NCBI GenBank assembly: GCA_964016885.1
Contig: OZ024743.1
Location: 99,758,001 to 99,822,000, forward strand
Source of the DNA: Eledone cirrhosa
Lineage: Eukaryota
Reading direction: 5' to 3'
Length of the DNA: 64,000 nt
Shown: positions 13,890 through 27,342 of the stretch, piece by piece
How the letters are laid out: each line of letters begins with the position of its first letter
Numbering within the stretch: position 1 is the first letter of the stretch
Translations under genes and position numbers: made by a program
Notes under the pieces: model-generated
Told to the model about the DNA's origin: nothing
Databases searched by the model: none
Seen by the model: only the letters and a program-made list of their open reading frames with translations

Positions 13890-14720
13890 TGTCTCCTCCT
13901 CCGTCTTCTTCTTCACCCATTTATTCCTGAGAGGGTCATGGGGGCAGAGCACTCAAACACTCCTTCCAGTAGGTCCAGAAGCAACCATCTCCAACTAATC
14001 AGGCTGGATCCCCAAGCAAGACCAGCCAAGCTCATGGATGTTATCCAAACATCTTGCTTGGAGTCTACCCTTGGGTCTCCTACCTGTTGGTTTTGCCCAT
14101 AAAATCTGTCCAGCGATTCTTTCCTGAGACATTCTAACCACATTCCCATAATATCGGAGCTGTGATCTCTCAATTTGGAGAAGTAGTGGCTCTACCTAGA
14201 GCGACTCTCTGATATCTGAGCTATGCCCTCTATCAAGTAATGTTACCTCAGAGACCCTTTGGAGGAACCCTATTTTGGCCACTTGTATTCGTGATCATAT
14301 TCTTTCAGTCATTACCCAAGATCATAGGTAAAGTTTGGCATGAATACCGAATTGAAGATAGCAAGTTTGGCTTTTACACCTACCTCTCTTCTTCTGATTA
14401 CTGAACGCTGAAGCTGGTGCATTTCTGCACCATCTCCTGCAATTCTTGCACATAATTTAACCTCCTGCCTTCCATCACTCATGGCCCCAAGATACATGAA
14501 CTTCTCCACCTGCTTCGGTGGAAGTCTATTCGCATGTAGAGTGCACTGCACAGTCTTCCTTGAGAGGGAGATTGTCTCAGTCTTTGCAGCACTAACATTC
14601 CAACCAAGGAACACTCAGCATCAAATCTATCAAGTGCAAGTCAGAGATCATCTTCTGTCAAGTTAAGTAATACCATGTCGTCTGCAAATTCCAGCCAACT
14701 GATTCTACATTTGCCAGTCA
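13890..14720 (-). mobile_element. 5'-truncated RTE-clade LINE (Expander/Rex3-like), disrupted ORF
   Basis: Minus strand reads FADDMVL near 14670-14690, KTETISLSRKTVQCTL...QVEKFMYLG and KAKLAIFNSVFMP, with frameshifts. It ends in an (GAA/GGA)n-like tail. Confidence 0.85.
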
Positions 14721-17269
14721 TGATTTCTACAAAGTCTTGAAAATAACAAAAAATTTGAAAGGATTTCTCCTTAAACTAGTGTTTGGAGCATAATGTAACA
14801 AATGTTCTTACTTAAAATTACGATGGAAGACAAACATAAACACTTTAAAATAGTTTTGTATTACAGAACCAGGTTTGATTTCAGAAGTTTCACAGATGTG
14901 AACAGCATTGTTATTCTCTTCATACACAGAAATATAAGAAATTGCCTTTACATGTTTCCCAGTTAATATAAATATGTTTATAGGTGTAAGTATGTGATGA
15001 AAGGAAAAGAAGAGAGACAAAGAGAATGTTCATTAAAATAATATACTCCAAATAAGATTATCTTCAGAATGACAGAATGTTAGCATTAACATCCATTTTG
15101 TTTAATAAGACGCTTTTATAAAACAAAATTTATCAACAAGCTGTTGTTATCCAATGAAGTTTCATTCTTCTTAAATAAGCAAGAAGATAAAATTTATATT
15201 TGAGATCAAAATCCACAACCATCAAATTTACTTAACTTCAAAAACTTCAAAAATCTCACAAAGAAACTCATTGTTACATATTCCTTAAAATCAATAAAAT
15301 AGTTCTTGAAAAGAATGTGATAGAAAGTGTCACATCTTAAATTTGTTTTATAACAACTGATATATGTTCTCATGAATTATGTTATGTTGCTCAGCCAACT
15401 GGAGAATCTCTATTATATTCCTTTTATAGTAAAAAGGTTCTAAAATAAGGGACATTCATCTTTACATTACATCTTCCTTTAGATATATCATCATCATCAT
15501 CACTATCATTTTTACCCATGCTGGCATGGGCTGGATGCCTTTCTAAAACCAACCCTTGCAGTGATAGATTGTACCAATTCTAAACCAGATATATATATTT
15601 TTTACTTATTAAAACTATTTTACATACTTTAGGAAATTCCTAATTATTGCTAATTACATAATTTATATATACTAGAATTATTTTTAAACATGCTGACGTG
15701 TATGTGTATATGTATATGTGTGTGTGTATGTAGGGTTATACACACGATGCTGTTTCCTGTAGTTTGTCATCACACCTTCCTTCCTCGGTCATCTCTAGTG
15801 TGTGACGTCATCACCCCTTCAATCATCTTTAGTGTGTGATGGAAGGACACTCAGATTTATAGATATTACATACAGCTTGCATTGTAGGACATTCTCTTCC
15901 TCAACAGTTGACTGGAGATGTCAACATATCCAGGTTTTTTGGTCCTCACTCTACCACAATGTTCATCATTATCACCAGAATTATGATATTGTTGTCACCA
16001 CTCTCATCATATATATGTGTGTGTGTGTGTGTGTGTATGGGTGTATATGTTTATATGTGTGTATGCATATATGTATATTATCTCAGTCTATTCATCAACT
16101 ACTTTACAGGGAGTACTGAGTACATTTTATTGTCACCAGATCTAGGAAGGTTATCTTGCTCACTGCAAGGACAAAATGGACCTCTCTACACCAAATGATC
16201 TCTGATCTCTCACTACATCTATTTTTTAAAAATCAAAAATGCCCAGTCCACACTGTAAAGTGCTAGTGTAGGTGTAGTGTAGGCTAGCGTGGAAAAATGA
16301 ATGTTAAATGGTGATGAGGATGATGATGATAAATCAAAATTGACATGCACAAGCTGAATATAACATTTTAAATCTACCCAAAATATTAAATTTCTGTGAA
16401 TTTTATTACTTTTTTTAATTTGTTTTAAATTATATATTTTAAAAAATATTTGTCATATTAATGGCATATTTTACACACTTTTTAAAAAGTGATTTGATAT
16501 ATACTTATTTTAGTTCAAACACTTCAATTTTACTTATTAAAAACATTTTGCTTAATTTAGGAAATCTTTAATTAGTTGTCAATTTTATGAGTAAAACTAT
16601 TTTTGAAGATAATAGCTAATTAGATTGTTTTAATATAATGCAGATTGTAAGAATTTTAGAGAATTAAATAATTATAATGGTTGAACTGATCATTTTTTTC
16701 ATGCATTATATCAACTTTAGTGTTTATTAAGCTTATGATTTTATCAGATTTCTCTTGAATGCCAGTAAGTATATGTGTATGATATTCATCATCATCATCA
16801 TCTTCGTTTAACGCCCATCTTCCATGCTAGCATGGGTTAGACGTTGTATAAAGATATCGGTCTATGATATTGTATAAAGATATTTGTTCAGTTTAATTGT
16901 AAATATTTTTATTTGCCTTTTCATCTAAAATTCGTATTATTAGATTTAAATATAGTATACTTTATTTTCATAATCGATAAAATATAAGGAAACAGGAAAA
17001 ATATGTTATTAATGTTTTTACAAATTCTTCTAATTAAAATCGTTAAGTACATTTGTACCTAATAGCAGGCAGGTTATGGAGTACAGTTTTTGTTTACTTG
17101 ACACTTCTGTCCCTTTTAAAAAGGTATTTTCAATAATGTCTAACATTTGATTGCAAAAAAGAGATTTAATGAATCAATAAAAGGACTTGTATTTTAACCC
17201 TTTTGATACAAAACTGCCTGAAACTGCACCTGTTTCTATGATACAGTGCTGTTTATTTTAAAGCGGTTA

Positions 17270-17552
17270 GCATCATCATATTCATCATCATTTAACGTCT
17301 ATTTTCCACGCTGGCATGGGTTAGACTTGTTGTCCCGTTTGAGGCAAGTCAGGTCAGGTGACCATGCTTTGCTCATATAGAACTGTATTGGGCTTGGTTT
17401 CTACAGCTGGATACACTTCTTAACGCCAACCATATTTACAGTGTGTGTTGGCTACTTTTTGTAATGACACTTACATGACCACTTTACAGTGATGGCTGGG
17501 AGCTTTTTATCATGACAAACACTTTACAGTGTGGACTGGGAGCTTTTTCGTA
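17270..17552 (-). mobile_element. Non-autonomous element or SINE carrying the RTE 3' end, inserted in a family-A MITE (related copies at about 103-330, 38770-39075, 41985-45750, 54775-55070, 62050-62240, 62785-63000)
   Basis: (CAT)n tail followed by TTTAACGTC..TTCCACGCTGGCATGGGTT, matching the 3' end of the RTE at 59970-61904. Internal CCACTTTACAGTGTGGACTGGG modules are repeated. Confidence 0.8.
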
Positions 17553-19961
17553 ATATTTATTTAAAATTTTTCCATCATAATTTTATGTAAAAACGTTTTT
17601 TAAGTCATGCTTCAAACACTAGGTAAATAAATTCATGGTTATTCTCAAAATAATTAAAAATAACAGCCATTCAGGTTATGTGTGAATGCACGGTGTGTGT
17701 GTGAGGGGGGGGGGGGGGGGCTTTCATAATGAGTTATTGAAATGTAAGTAAATCTTTAGGAAATAAAAAATAATTTTATTTCTGCATGGAGCAATATACA
17801 CTATATATACTTGTGTATAAGCTGAGAAATATGTGGTAAAAAATAGATGATAAACTGAAAAGTCAACTTATATTTTGACAACTTTCACAAACTTCAACAA
17901 CTACATAATATAGACACTAAATTATCTGGAATGATACATGAATACTCCCAGTAATTTCTGGGAGTAAAAATTACAATATTTTAAAAACCTTTATTAATAT
18001 ACTTATAATGCACACATTCAGAAAATATATCTACAAAATATGCAATTTCACAGAAGTTGTGAGGAAACCAACTGAGGTGATGCAGTACACTCTAGTTATG
18101 TTCACACACATATACATATTCCTTTTATCAAGGTGAGGCATTATCTGAAATAAAGTGAGCTGCCATTTTCTAGCAAGGTGAGTGATCATGAAGAAGTTTC
18201 GTCTATGATTCAGGTGAATATGATATTTAAAATACTGATAAAAATATATGGCTAGTGAAAAAAGAAATAGCTCTGTTATCAAAACCCTTCTATATAAAAA
18301 GGACAGCCTTTATGAGTAACAACAACATTTAAGTAGAACATTTGAAGGTTAAACAGTCAGAGTAATTGTAAAATGTGGTAAATTCTTAAATTATTCACAA
18401 TGACAATAAACATATTGTTTGTGTCTAGGTTAAAATAGGTACACCATATATGTGTGTGTTGTAAGAAATGACTAAAGGAGTGCCAGGAAGGGCATCCAGC
18501 CATAAAACATTGTCTCAAAAAGGGCTCTATGATGAATATAAAGACTGTTGTGGATTCTGCAAAGTTAACCCCTGCTTTAGCAGGGGAACATTACCTTAAA
18601 ATATGCATATCCAGTTTAGAATAGATACACTATATGTGTTGTAAGAGGTGACTAAAGGGATTGTCATAAGACATTTCCTCAACAGGAATACCTGTAGCAA
18701 AAGTGGCCTAACAATGACAAAAGTGGCCTCACAATGACAATAACAAAGAAAAGATCACAATTTCAGAATCTGAAATCACATTTCAACAATACATATATGA
18801 TAAATGTATCACATTCATGCCAAGCAAATGACTCCTACATAATCAATATTTTACTCCCAGGTGATATGAGAAAATGTCAAGAAAATTAGAAAAGGAGGAA
18901 ATATGAGAAAGTTGGCAAGATTAAAACTAAAATGAATAAATAGTACAAAAAAATTAAATGAATTGGTTATGGTTTGGCCTGACAATATTGAATAGCAGTG
19001 ATTTTTCTCTGAGGTAAAGGTTAGATTAGTTAGCAGGAAATATTATGGAATCAAATCTATACTGGAAATCAGATGAATTTACAATTGTCTATCATACAAA
19101 TTAGCAAGTCAATTTAAACATCAGTGACAGCTGTAATTTAAAACTAGTGGCCAAATAACATAGCCATTAGCAAGAGATAATATATGAAAAAGTCACAAAT
19201 GTTAAAGTAGAAGCACAATAGCCATAGAAACATAATGGGCATTCTAGATTGCAGACCATGTAGTCATCAATTGAAACCATTTACTATACCATAAGTACAT
19301 AACACTGCTTGCTCTAGTTTCCTTGACTGATATACAAAGATTCCTTGTCCTACTTTATTGTTGGGTGGCTAGTAGTGGAAAAGGCCTCTTTAAGGATATT
19401 CTCATCGATAAATTAATACTGCATAAAACCTCATTTATAAAAACATTCTTTGAAAAAATATAAAATAGAACTTTAACTGAATCACATCTAATATTACAAC
19501 TTTTTCACAGTGGTTTGTCAACTAGTAAGGATACTATAAACAAATGAATTAACACACCTGTTTTTAGATATTTTCTGCTAAACCAATACAGGATGTTAAG
19601 AGTTAAGACCTCTCATTAACTGTAGATGCAAGTTACATAAAGCTGACCACTGAGGTTAATTTTGCCTTTCATCCTTACGGCGTCGATAAAATAAAGTACC
19701 AGTAACGTACTGGAATAATTGCTGGCCTTGTGCCAAAAGTAGAAACAATTATTAAACTACCCTGAACACTTCCTTTCCAAGCCTATCTTTATACAAAATA
19801 GCTCAGCTTTCCATCGCAATCACATTCCATTTCCTTTGTTTTGAAAAGAGAGTCCTTTCCCCAAAATATATCATGAAACATGATAAAAGTGTAAATTGCT
19901 TTGCTCATCTTAACTTCCATTTTTCACTAATTATATATATATATGCATACACACACACACA

Positions 19962-20880
19962 TATCATCATCATCATCATCATTTTACTTCCACTTTTCCT
20001 TGCTTACAAGGGTGGGACGGGTCCTATTCAGCATCTCTCCATTCGTCATGGTTCTTCGTCATCTCCTCTCTTAGCTTCAGTGATCTGAGGTCTGCTCTCA
20101 CCACCTCCACCCATGTTTTTCATAGTCTTCCTCTACTGCATCTTCCTTTCACCAGGATTTCTTAGCACTTCTTCACCCAGCGATCATCCTCCATGTGCAT
20201 CACATGTCCATACCAATGCAGTCTTCTCTTCCGCACACTAGAGTTTATTCCTCTTATACACAGTTTCATTCTCAAATCATCCCTGCTTGGTTGTCACACA
20301 CATTGACATTGCACATCCATCAGAACATGCTTGTTTCATTTCTCTCCAGCCTTCACATATCTATTCATTTTCCATGCTTGCATGGGTTGAATGGGCCCTT
20401 TTCAGCACAGCATCTCTCCATGTGTCACATTCCTTCATCATCACCTCAGTGAGTCTCAGCTATTTGAGATCAGCTCTCACCGTCTCCTTGGTCTATCTCT
20501 AGTGTGACTCCCTTCTTCACCCAGCAATCATCATCCATGTACATCTCATGCCCATATCAATGCTGTCTTCTCTCTTACACACCACTTCAGATTCCTCTTA
20601 AATCCAGTTTCTCTCTCAACTCATCTAAGCTCTACCTTTCTCTCACATTTACATTGCACATCCAATGAAGCATGGTTGCTTCATTTCTCTCCAACCTATG
20701 AATGTCCTCTGCAGTCACAGCCCATGTTTCCCTACCATGCAACATCACACTTCATACACAGGCATCATATAGCCATCCTTTTGTATAAAGGGAGAAGCCT
20801 TTTGTTGTCAACAATGGGAGTAGCTCTATAAACTTCTTCCACCCTATCCTTATTCTAGCTATTATGCTCTCGGAGCAACA
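19962..20880 (-). mobile_element. Two abutting RTE LINE 3' fragments
   Basis: Minus-strand translation gives LYDAC..TWAVTAEDIHRLERNEATMLHWMCNV, homologous to the 60582-61523 ORF. A (CAT)n tail lies at 19962-19982 and a second 3'-end motif near 20365-20390. Confidence 0.85.
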
Positions 20881-22679
20881 TATACTATACTTAAGCTGAA
20901 GTATTTGTTGGCATTAGGAAGGGTATCTGGCCATAGGAAACCTGCTACAAAATATCTCATCCAACCCATGCAGGCATAGGAAACAAATGTAAAAATGGTT
21001 ATGATTATGATCTTCATCATAAAGTGATATAACTAAGATATAACTAAATAACACTGGATGAAACATAGCTAAGTAGTTTAGAAGTTCTGAGTTCAGTCCC
21101 ATTGTGTGGCATCTTGGGCAAGTGTCTTTTGCTATAGCCTCAAGTCAACATAAGCTTTGTGAATGAACTATAATTAAAAGGGTTAGCCTTGTCACACATT
21201 TTGTCACATTCAGTCTTTCAGAAAACTACATTAAAGGGAACCCATGTTAATATAACAAGTAGGCTGTTAATGATGAAAAATCAACAAGATCCATTTATCT
21301 TCATCTAAATACTGCAATATTTTAGTCCTTCCCACCTCCTATACCATCACCAGCACCACCACAGGTAACTTGAGAATGTACCTAACAACAACAACGGCAA
21401 TGACAATATTGAGGTCCTTATTTCAATCTTGTATCACTTCTATTGTATGGCTTCAGTAAGAGTGAGTTGACAAGATAACCCAAGGATTGATTCAGGAAAT
21501 TACAAACCATAGGAAATATCAATCGAAACAGAGATTCTGTGAACTTCAAGTCTGTCAGGAATCTTTCTTAACAAACAGATTACTCATCCTATGCTTAAAT
21601 CAAATCAAAATAAACCATCATGTTGAATGTAGTAGATCATATTACTGTATAGATTTTGCCTAGAAGGAAAACTGTAAATGATGATGGTGATGATGATGGT
21701 GGTGGTGGTGGTGGTGGTGATGAGGATTATTATAACAAAGATAATAATAGAAGTTTTATCTGTAATGAGGGGGAGGGAGGAATGACGAAGATGACAATGA
21801 TGATGAGAAGGAAGTTAACTACAGTGAAGTTAGGGTCGTTATACTTAATGTAGAGATTAAAGAAAAGAAAAATATCTAATTAATTAATTATATTTATGCA
21901 ATGAAGAGGAGAAAACATCAACTGAAAGACTAATATTAATTTCATCTGATCTTGACAAGTAAGGAAGACAACTCTAGATATGTTTCTGTCTTATCATATC
22001 GCCTCAGTGAAGTATGGTCTTTTCTATATTTGCCAGATTAAGGATAAAATATTTATTATACTGGTATATTGATGTACAATAAAATGCACAAATAGGTATC
22101 AAAAGGTATCATAATAACTGAAGGGAATTATCCAGGGGAGTCTTCTGAAGAAAAAAATGTCAGTCAAGTTATAGTCATCATACTAAATTTAATGAGGAGA
22201 AAAATATTTTATTATTCACTAACATGTTGTTGTTGGTGGGGGGTGTTTAGTGGTGGTGGTTATGAGGTAATGGTGGTGGATGCTCTTTCTAATGCTAACT
22301 GCATTTACAGTGTGAACTGGGTGCTTTTTATTGTGGCACCAAAACAACCAACTGACAGGTTGGACTGGGTACTTTTTCATCATGTCACTAGCAGGATGGA
22401 TCAGGTGCTTTTTGTTGTGTCAACAATACAACCATCTTACTGACTTGTCATGAATAAATTAGAAAATAAATTAAGTGCAGATGTGAAGTGTGAAATGTTT
22501 AGGGAAGATAATAACAGGCATGCATATGTGAGTGTCTGTTTTCACTTTACATTTAACATTGCTAGCACAGGCAGTGATGTTTGTGTCCCTTGTCTCAATC
22601 AAATTATGATATAAGATGTCATACAATGAAAACCAAATTTATTGTTGAACTTATCCTTCAACCTATAATACCTACATAG

Positions 22680-23105
22680 TATTCAAATCTCACAGAGGTT
22701 AGCTCCACCCTTCATACTTATCGGGTTGATAAAATAAAGTACCAGTAATGCACTGTGTTAGATTTAATTGACTTTCCCCTGGCCTGAAATTGTTGGCTTT
22801 GTGCTTAAATCATCATCATCATAATCATAATAATCATCATCATAATAATCATCATCATAATAATCATCATCATCATAATCATCATGTTTAGGTTGATAGA
22901 TTGACAGAGTGATTAGATCTTTGGATAAAATGCTTTGAGATATTCATTCCAGACTTTTTATGTTCTGACTCCAAATTCCTTCAAAGTCAACTTTGCCTTT
23001 CCAACATTCATAAAATAAAGTACCAGTTGAATTCTCAGATCGATATAATCCACTAACCCCTGCCCCCCATTTCTGCCCTTGTGCCTATGTTAGAAATTAT
23101 CATTA
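22680..23105 (+). mobile_element. Two degenerate Deu/Nin-like SINE copies separated by an (ATC/ATA)n tract
   Basis: TTCAAATC..GAGGT..CTTCAT..GATAAAATAAAGTACCAG core, present twice. Confidence 0.75.
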
Positions 23106-24399
23106 TCTTCCATATTAATCATATTTTTAAGGAAAGACACCATCTATTTGCAAATCCTTTTTAAAACAATAAAAAATTGGGGAGATTTATTAACGTAACT
23201 TCCTCATTATTAAACTGCAGTTTAGGGCATAACTTAAAAAAGCTTCTTACATAAAATTATGATGGAATATTATCAGATAAATATAAACACAATAGAATAA
23301 ACAACTTTATATTGTAGGACCAGTTTGGTATAAAAAGAATTACTCATCTCTTTATGTTGTTATATCATAACTATGGAAGAGACACAAACACATAGAATGT
23401 TTAGAATCTAATTTATTTCTTGGATCAGTCTCAAAGTTTTCCCCATGAAATCTTAAAAGCAAATCAATCTCTGTGTTGTTGTTGTTCATGTTTAGCCCTG
23501 AGTCATGCCATACCCATTCCATCTGTTTTTCTTTTTTAGGCAATGTGCACCAAGTGCCACAATGTCCAATGTGTTTTTTCTCTTTTCATCCTTGTGTGAC
23601 TATATTTTTAACAAATAAACTGAGGTCTATGAGGTTTAATTAATATTCAATATATTCAAGAAATTTGGAAAGATTTAGTAGAATATCTTTAATTGTATAT
23701 ATTTGTATATATTATTGGCATTGACCAAATAAAATTTCACAATATCAATCATGTTATAGTGAGATTTTGATAGAGATTTTAATAAAAAATATGAACACTA
23801 GAGTGGTATCAGGCAAATTGGGGTTAAAAGAATTAAGATTACTGTTTTATTTCTAGCCAGTTGGGCGACCACGTGAAGGCTTCTTTGTTGATGCATGTCA
23901 GTCTCGTTTTAACAATATAAGTGATTAATTTTTCTCAAGCTTCGGTCAATTCAGAAAAGCAATGAATCATCCAGGATCAATTGCAATCAGATGCACTCCT
24001 GTTGCGATGCATGCTAAATAATGTAAGTATTCTTGGTGAGTCACTCAGCAGCACAACTTGTAAATAGTAGGGTACTTTGTTTACTGATAAATGGGGAAAA
24101 ATATATATTTTTAAAAAAACTCGACAAAGAATCAATAAAGTCTGCAGAAAATAAAATACCAACATTTTTATAAAGAATAAATAAAAGCAAAAAAGATATT
24201 TGGCTGCAAGGGATTATATCTAATAGGGTTCTTATCTCAATATATGCAAGTATTATCAACATTAGCATTGTACAGCTACAGTTGAAATTATCACTGGTTT
24301 CTTGGTTATTGCTCACACTTTTACTGCTATCAATATTACCATTATTTCTGTTAAAGATACTGCCAAATTACAAATTACAAATTTATCTACTATAGTTTT

Positions 24400-24600
24400 T
24401 AATTTAGGCACAATGCCAGTAATTTAGGGGACAAAAAAGTTTATTAAATCAACCCCCTATTATTTGACTAATGCTTTTTATTTTATCAGCCCTGTATGTA
24501 TGAAAATCAGAGTTGACTTCTGTGAGATTTGAACTCAGAATATAAAGAACTGGAATAAATACTGCAAGGAATTTGTCTGAAGCTCTAACAATTCTGCCCA
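24400..24600 (-). mobile_element. Degenerate Deu/Nin-like SINE
   Basis: TTTAGGCACAA...ATTTGAACTCAGAA...CTAACAATTCTGCC; includes the reverse-complement B box. Confidence 0.7.
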
Positions 24601-26007
24601 CCTCTATACCAGTCATGGGAAAACTGCTGCCCATGAACTACACGCAACCCATTTGCCTTTCTGAATGGCATGCCTAATTTCAAAATTGCCTTTAATTTTT
24701 TTGTAGTGAGGCCCGCCTTATGATGAGCTACATCCTATGTGGCCCACTGCTCAAAAAAGATTGCCCATGCCTGCTCTATACCATCTTCACCTTTAGAATG
24801 TTCTAACGACTTTGCCAATTTGTTGCCAATTATCTTATCTAATGTATTTGGTTCTTTTTTTTTTTAAGATGGTAAGGGTGATTTGACAAATATCTGGTTT
24901 CTACTTCTAGCAGGCCAAGCAACCACATAGATTTTTCCTTGTTAGCTTGTACAAAAGTGTTAACAAGCCCTCAACACCCCCCAGATATCCTACTAATGTA
25001 CAATGTACAAAATTAATAATGACATTGCCGAAAGTATCTGTAGTGCCAACTCTATGAACTCCTGTTAGTTTCACTAATATCACTAATTATCAGTAGTCAT
25101 ACATTAATAGACCTACTAGCTTATTTACAATTACACTACACACATCTACACACATCTACACTACACACATATACACTTACATCTACACACACACACACAT
25201 CTACACAAACATACACATCTACACATGCACAGACATACCTACTTACATTTACATATACCACACATGCACACACACACACATTTATTTACACCTACACCAA
25301 CACTAATCAATACACACATGGATATGCACTCACAAGGCACTTACATACACTCACATATGCAGAGGAAGAATAATTCTCATAACTCGTCGTCCACCAGCTT
25401 TACTAATTTAGTTATACCTAGTTAGACACATGCTGTCCATCAGCAAATTAAAATAAATTACATTTATCTATCAGGGTGCTGATTCTGTGAGAAGCCAAAT
25501 CACTGACTTAATACAAGGCAATTTACCTCTGACTTGCCAGTTCCACTAGAAAATTTACAGCTGGGTATATATGGATCGAGGTGACAAATTGGCAGAATCA
25601 TTATAGCATCAAATTAACTCGTTTGATAGCAAACTGCTTGAAACTGCTTTTCATCATCATCATAGTTGTTTTGGTTTTACGTCCACTTTGCCATGCTTGC
25701 ATGAGATGATTCAAAACTATTTGCTTTAAAGTGTTTGATGATAATAAAAAAACAACATATTCACACATCTCCACATGCACAGACATACCTACTTGCATTT
25801 ACACATGCACACAAACACATTTATTTAACCTACACCAATAGATACATGTATTTACCTAAAAATAGCTCATCATAATTTCATGTGAACCTTTCTTAAGTTA
25901 TGCTCCAAACACCAACTTGACAATGAGATAGATAGATATATTAGTAAATCGTTTCAAATTCTTGATTATTTTCAAAATTATCTGAAAATCATTGGCAGTG
26001 TTTTTCA

Positions 26008-27160
26008 TCTATATATAATATAAAAGAGAGATGTTTGTTGGTTGATGTCACACAAAACCTGACAATGAAAACATAAGTACCCCAATGGAACTAGGGTATA
26101 CCCAGAAAGGTTTATTGATACTCATTTAATATCAAAGAAGACACCCCAGGTATGCTAACCAACCTGGCTACTATCTCTAGCAGCTTGGGGAACAACGATA
26201 AGGGATTTGCTCTGCATTGTCAGTGATGCTTGCTTTTTGCAGCCAGCATCTCTGTGGATTTGTACACTGGTTTACACACACACTCAGACACACACATTTA
26301 TATATAATTATCTATTCAAGGAAAACCTGAACCGTTAAGGTATCTTTTCTTGGTTATGTCAAAATTTATAAAACAAACTTTGTATTTTATCTGATGAAAG
26401 CATACCAAAGTTTTGGTACCCTTGAAATATATATAATAGAATAAATATGGTTTTATAAATATAGTTTCCATTTATTTAATATCATTGGATATAATTATCT
26501 ATATAAATATACCCATCTATATATATACCCATATATCTAAACCCATGCTAGCGTGGAAGATAGACGTTAAACGACGATGATGATGATGATATATCTACAT
26601 ATAATATAAAAGGTTGGAAGTTACATCATCCTTTTGAGAAACCTGGACCCACCGCATCAATGACACATGCTTAACAGTGAGTTGGATTATGAACCATCTC
26701 CTAGAGGTCACTATTATTGGAAGCAATCATCAATGAGAAAATGTATTTATTCCCATGGTTCCTCTCATCCCTTTCTCTACCAAGTTGCCGTTCAAATTCT
26801 CAAGACTTCAGTTCCCTGTTAGAACCAGTTTTAGAGCCAGGGTTAGAGTCTCAAATTTGTAGGACTGAATATGAGAGAACTGGTTTTTATCCATGGACAG
26901 TTATATGTTGTTTGTTCACGAGTGGAAACAGCTATGAGTTCGTGCACGGACGGTAAAATGGCAAAACAAAGAATCTGGTGTATCTGGAAGATTTTTGACT
27001 GTTTTTTTCTTTTTGTCAGACACACACACACACACACACACACACCACAGTCTCACCTCATACTGTAAACCAGACAAAGGATCCAATACAGTTTTTTTTT
27101 TCTTCTACTGGTCTTCTCTTATCATCTGTTTACCTGGGAAAAGCTGGGTACCTCAGCTAG
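26008..27160 (+). mobile_element. Non-autonomous Helitron (composite), inserted at A|T in a family-A MITE
   Basis: The 5' end is TCTATATATAATATAAAAG after a host A. The 3' end has an imperfect hairpin TACCTGGGAAAAGCTGGGTA and then CTAG before a host T. There is no TSD, and the flanks rejoin to MITE-A sequence TTTTTCA|TTTAAATTATGGTAATGAAAGGG. Confidence 0.8.
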
Positions 27161-27342
27161 TTTAAATTATGGTAATGAAAGGGTTACATGTTTTACAGTA
27201 TTTGTCCTAGCTCTGCTAAATTTGAATCTCTGCTTGTTTTCAAGTGTTTATTAGAAATAAGGAAATGAAATGATTAAACAGAAAAGTTATATCAACACAA
27301 GTTCCATTTCCAGAGCAGTTTAGCAGGCAGCATCTGTTGTCA

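Noticed and set aside
17943-17966. Perfect 9-bp hairpin TACTCCCAG-TAATTT-CTGGGAGTA
   Set aside because: It is short and isolated, and is compatible with chance in 64 kb.
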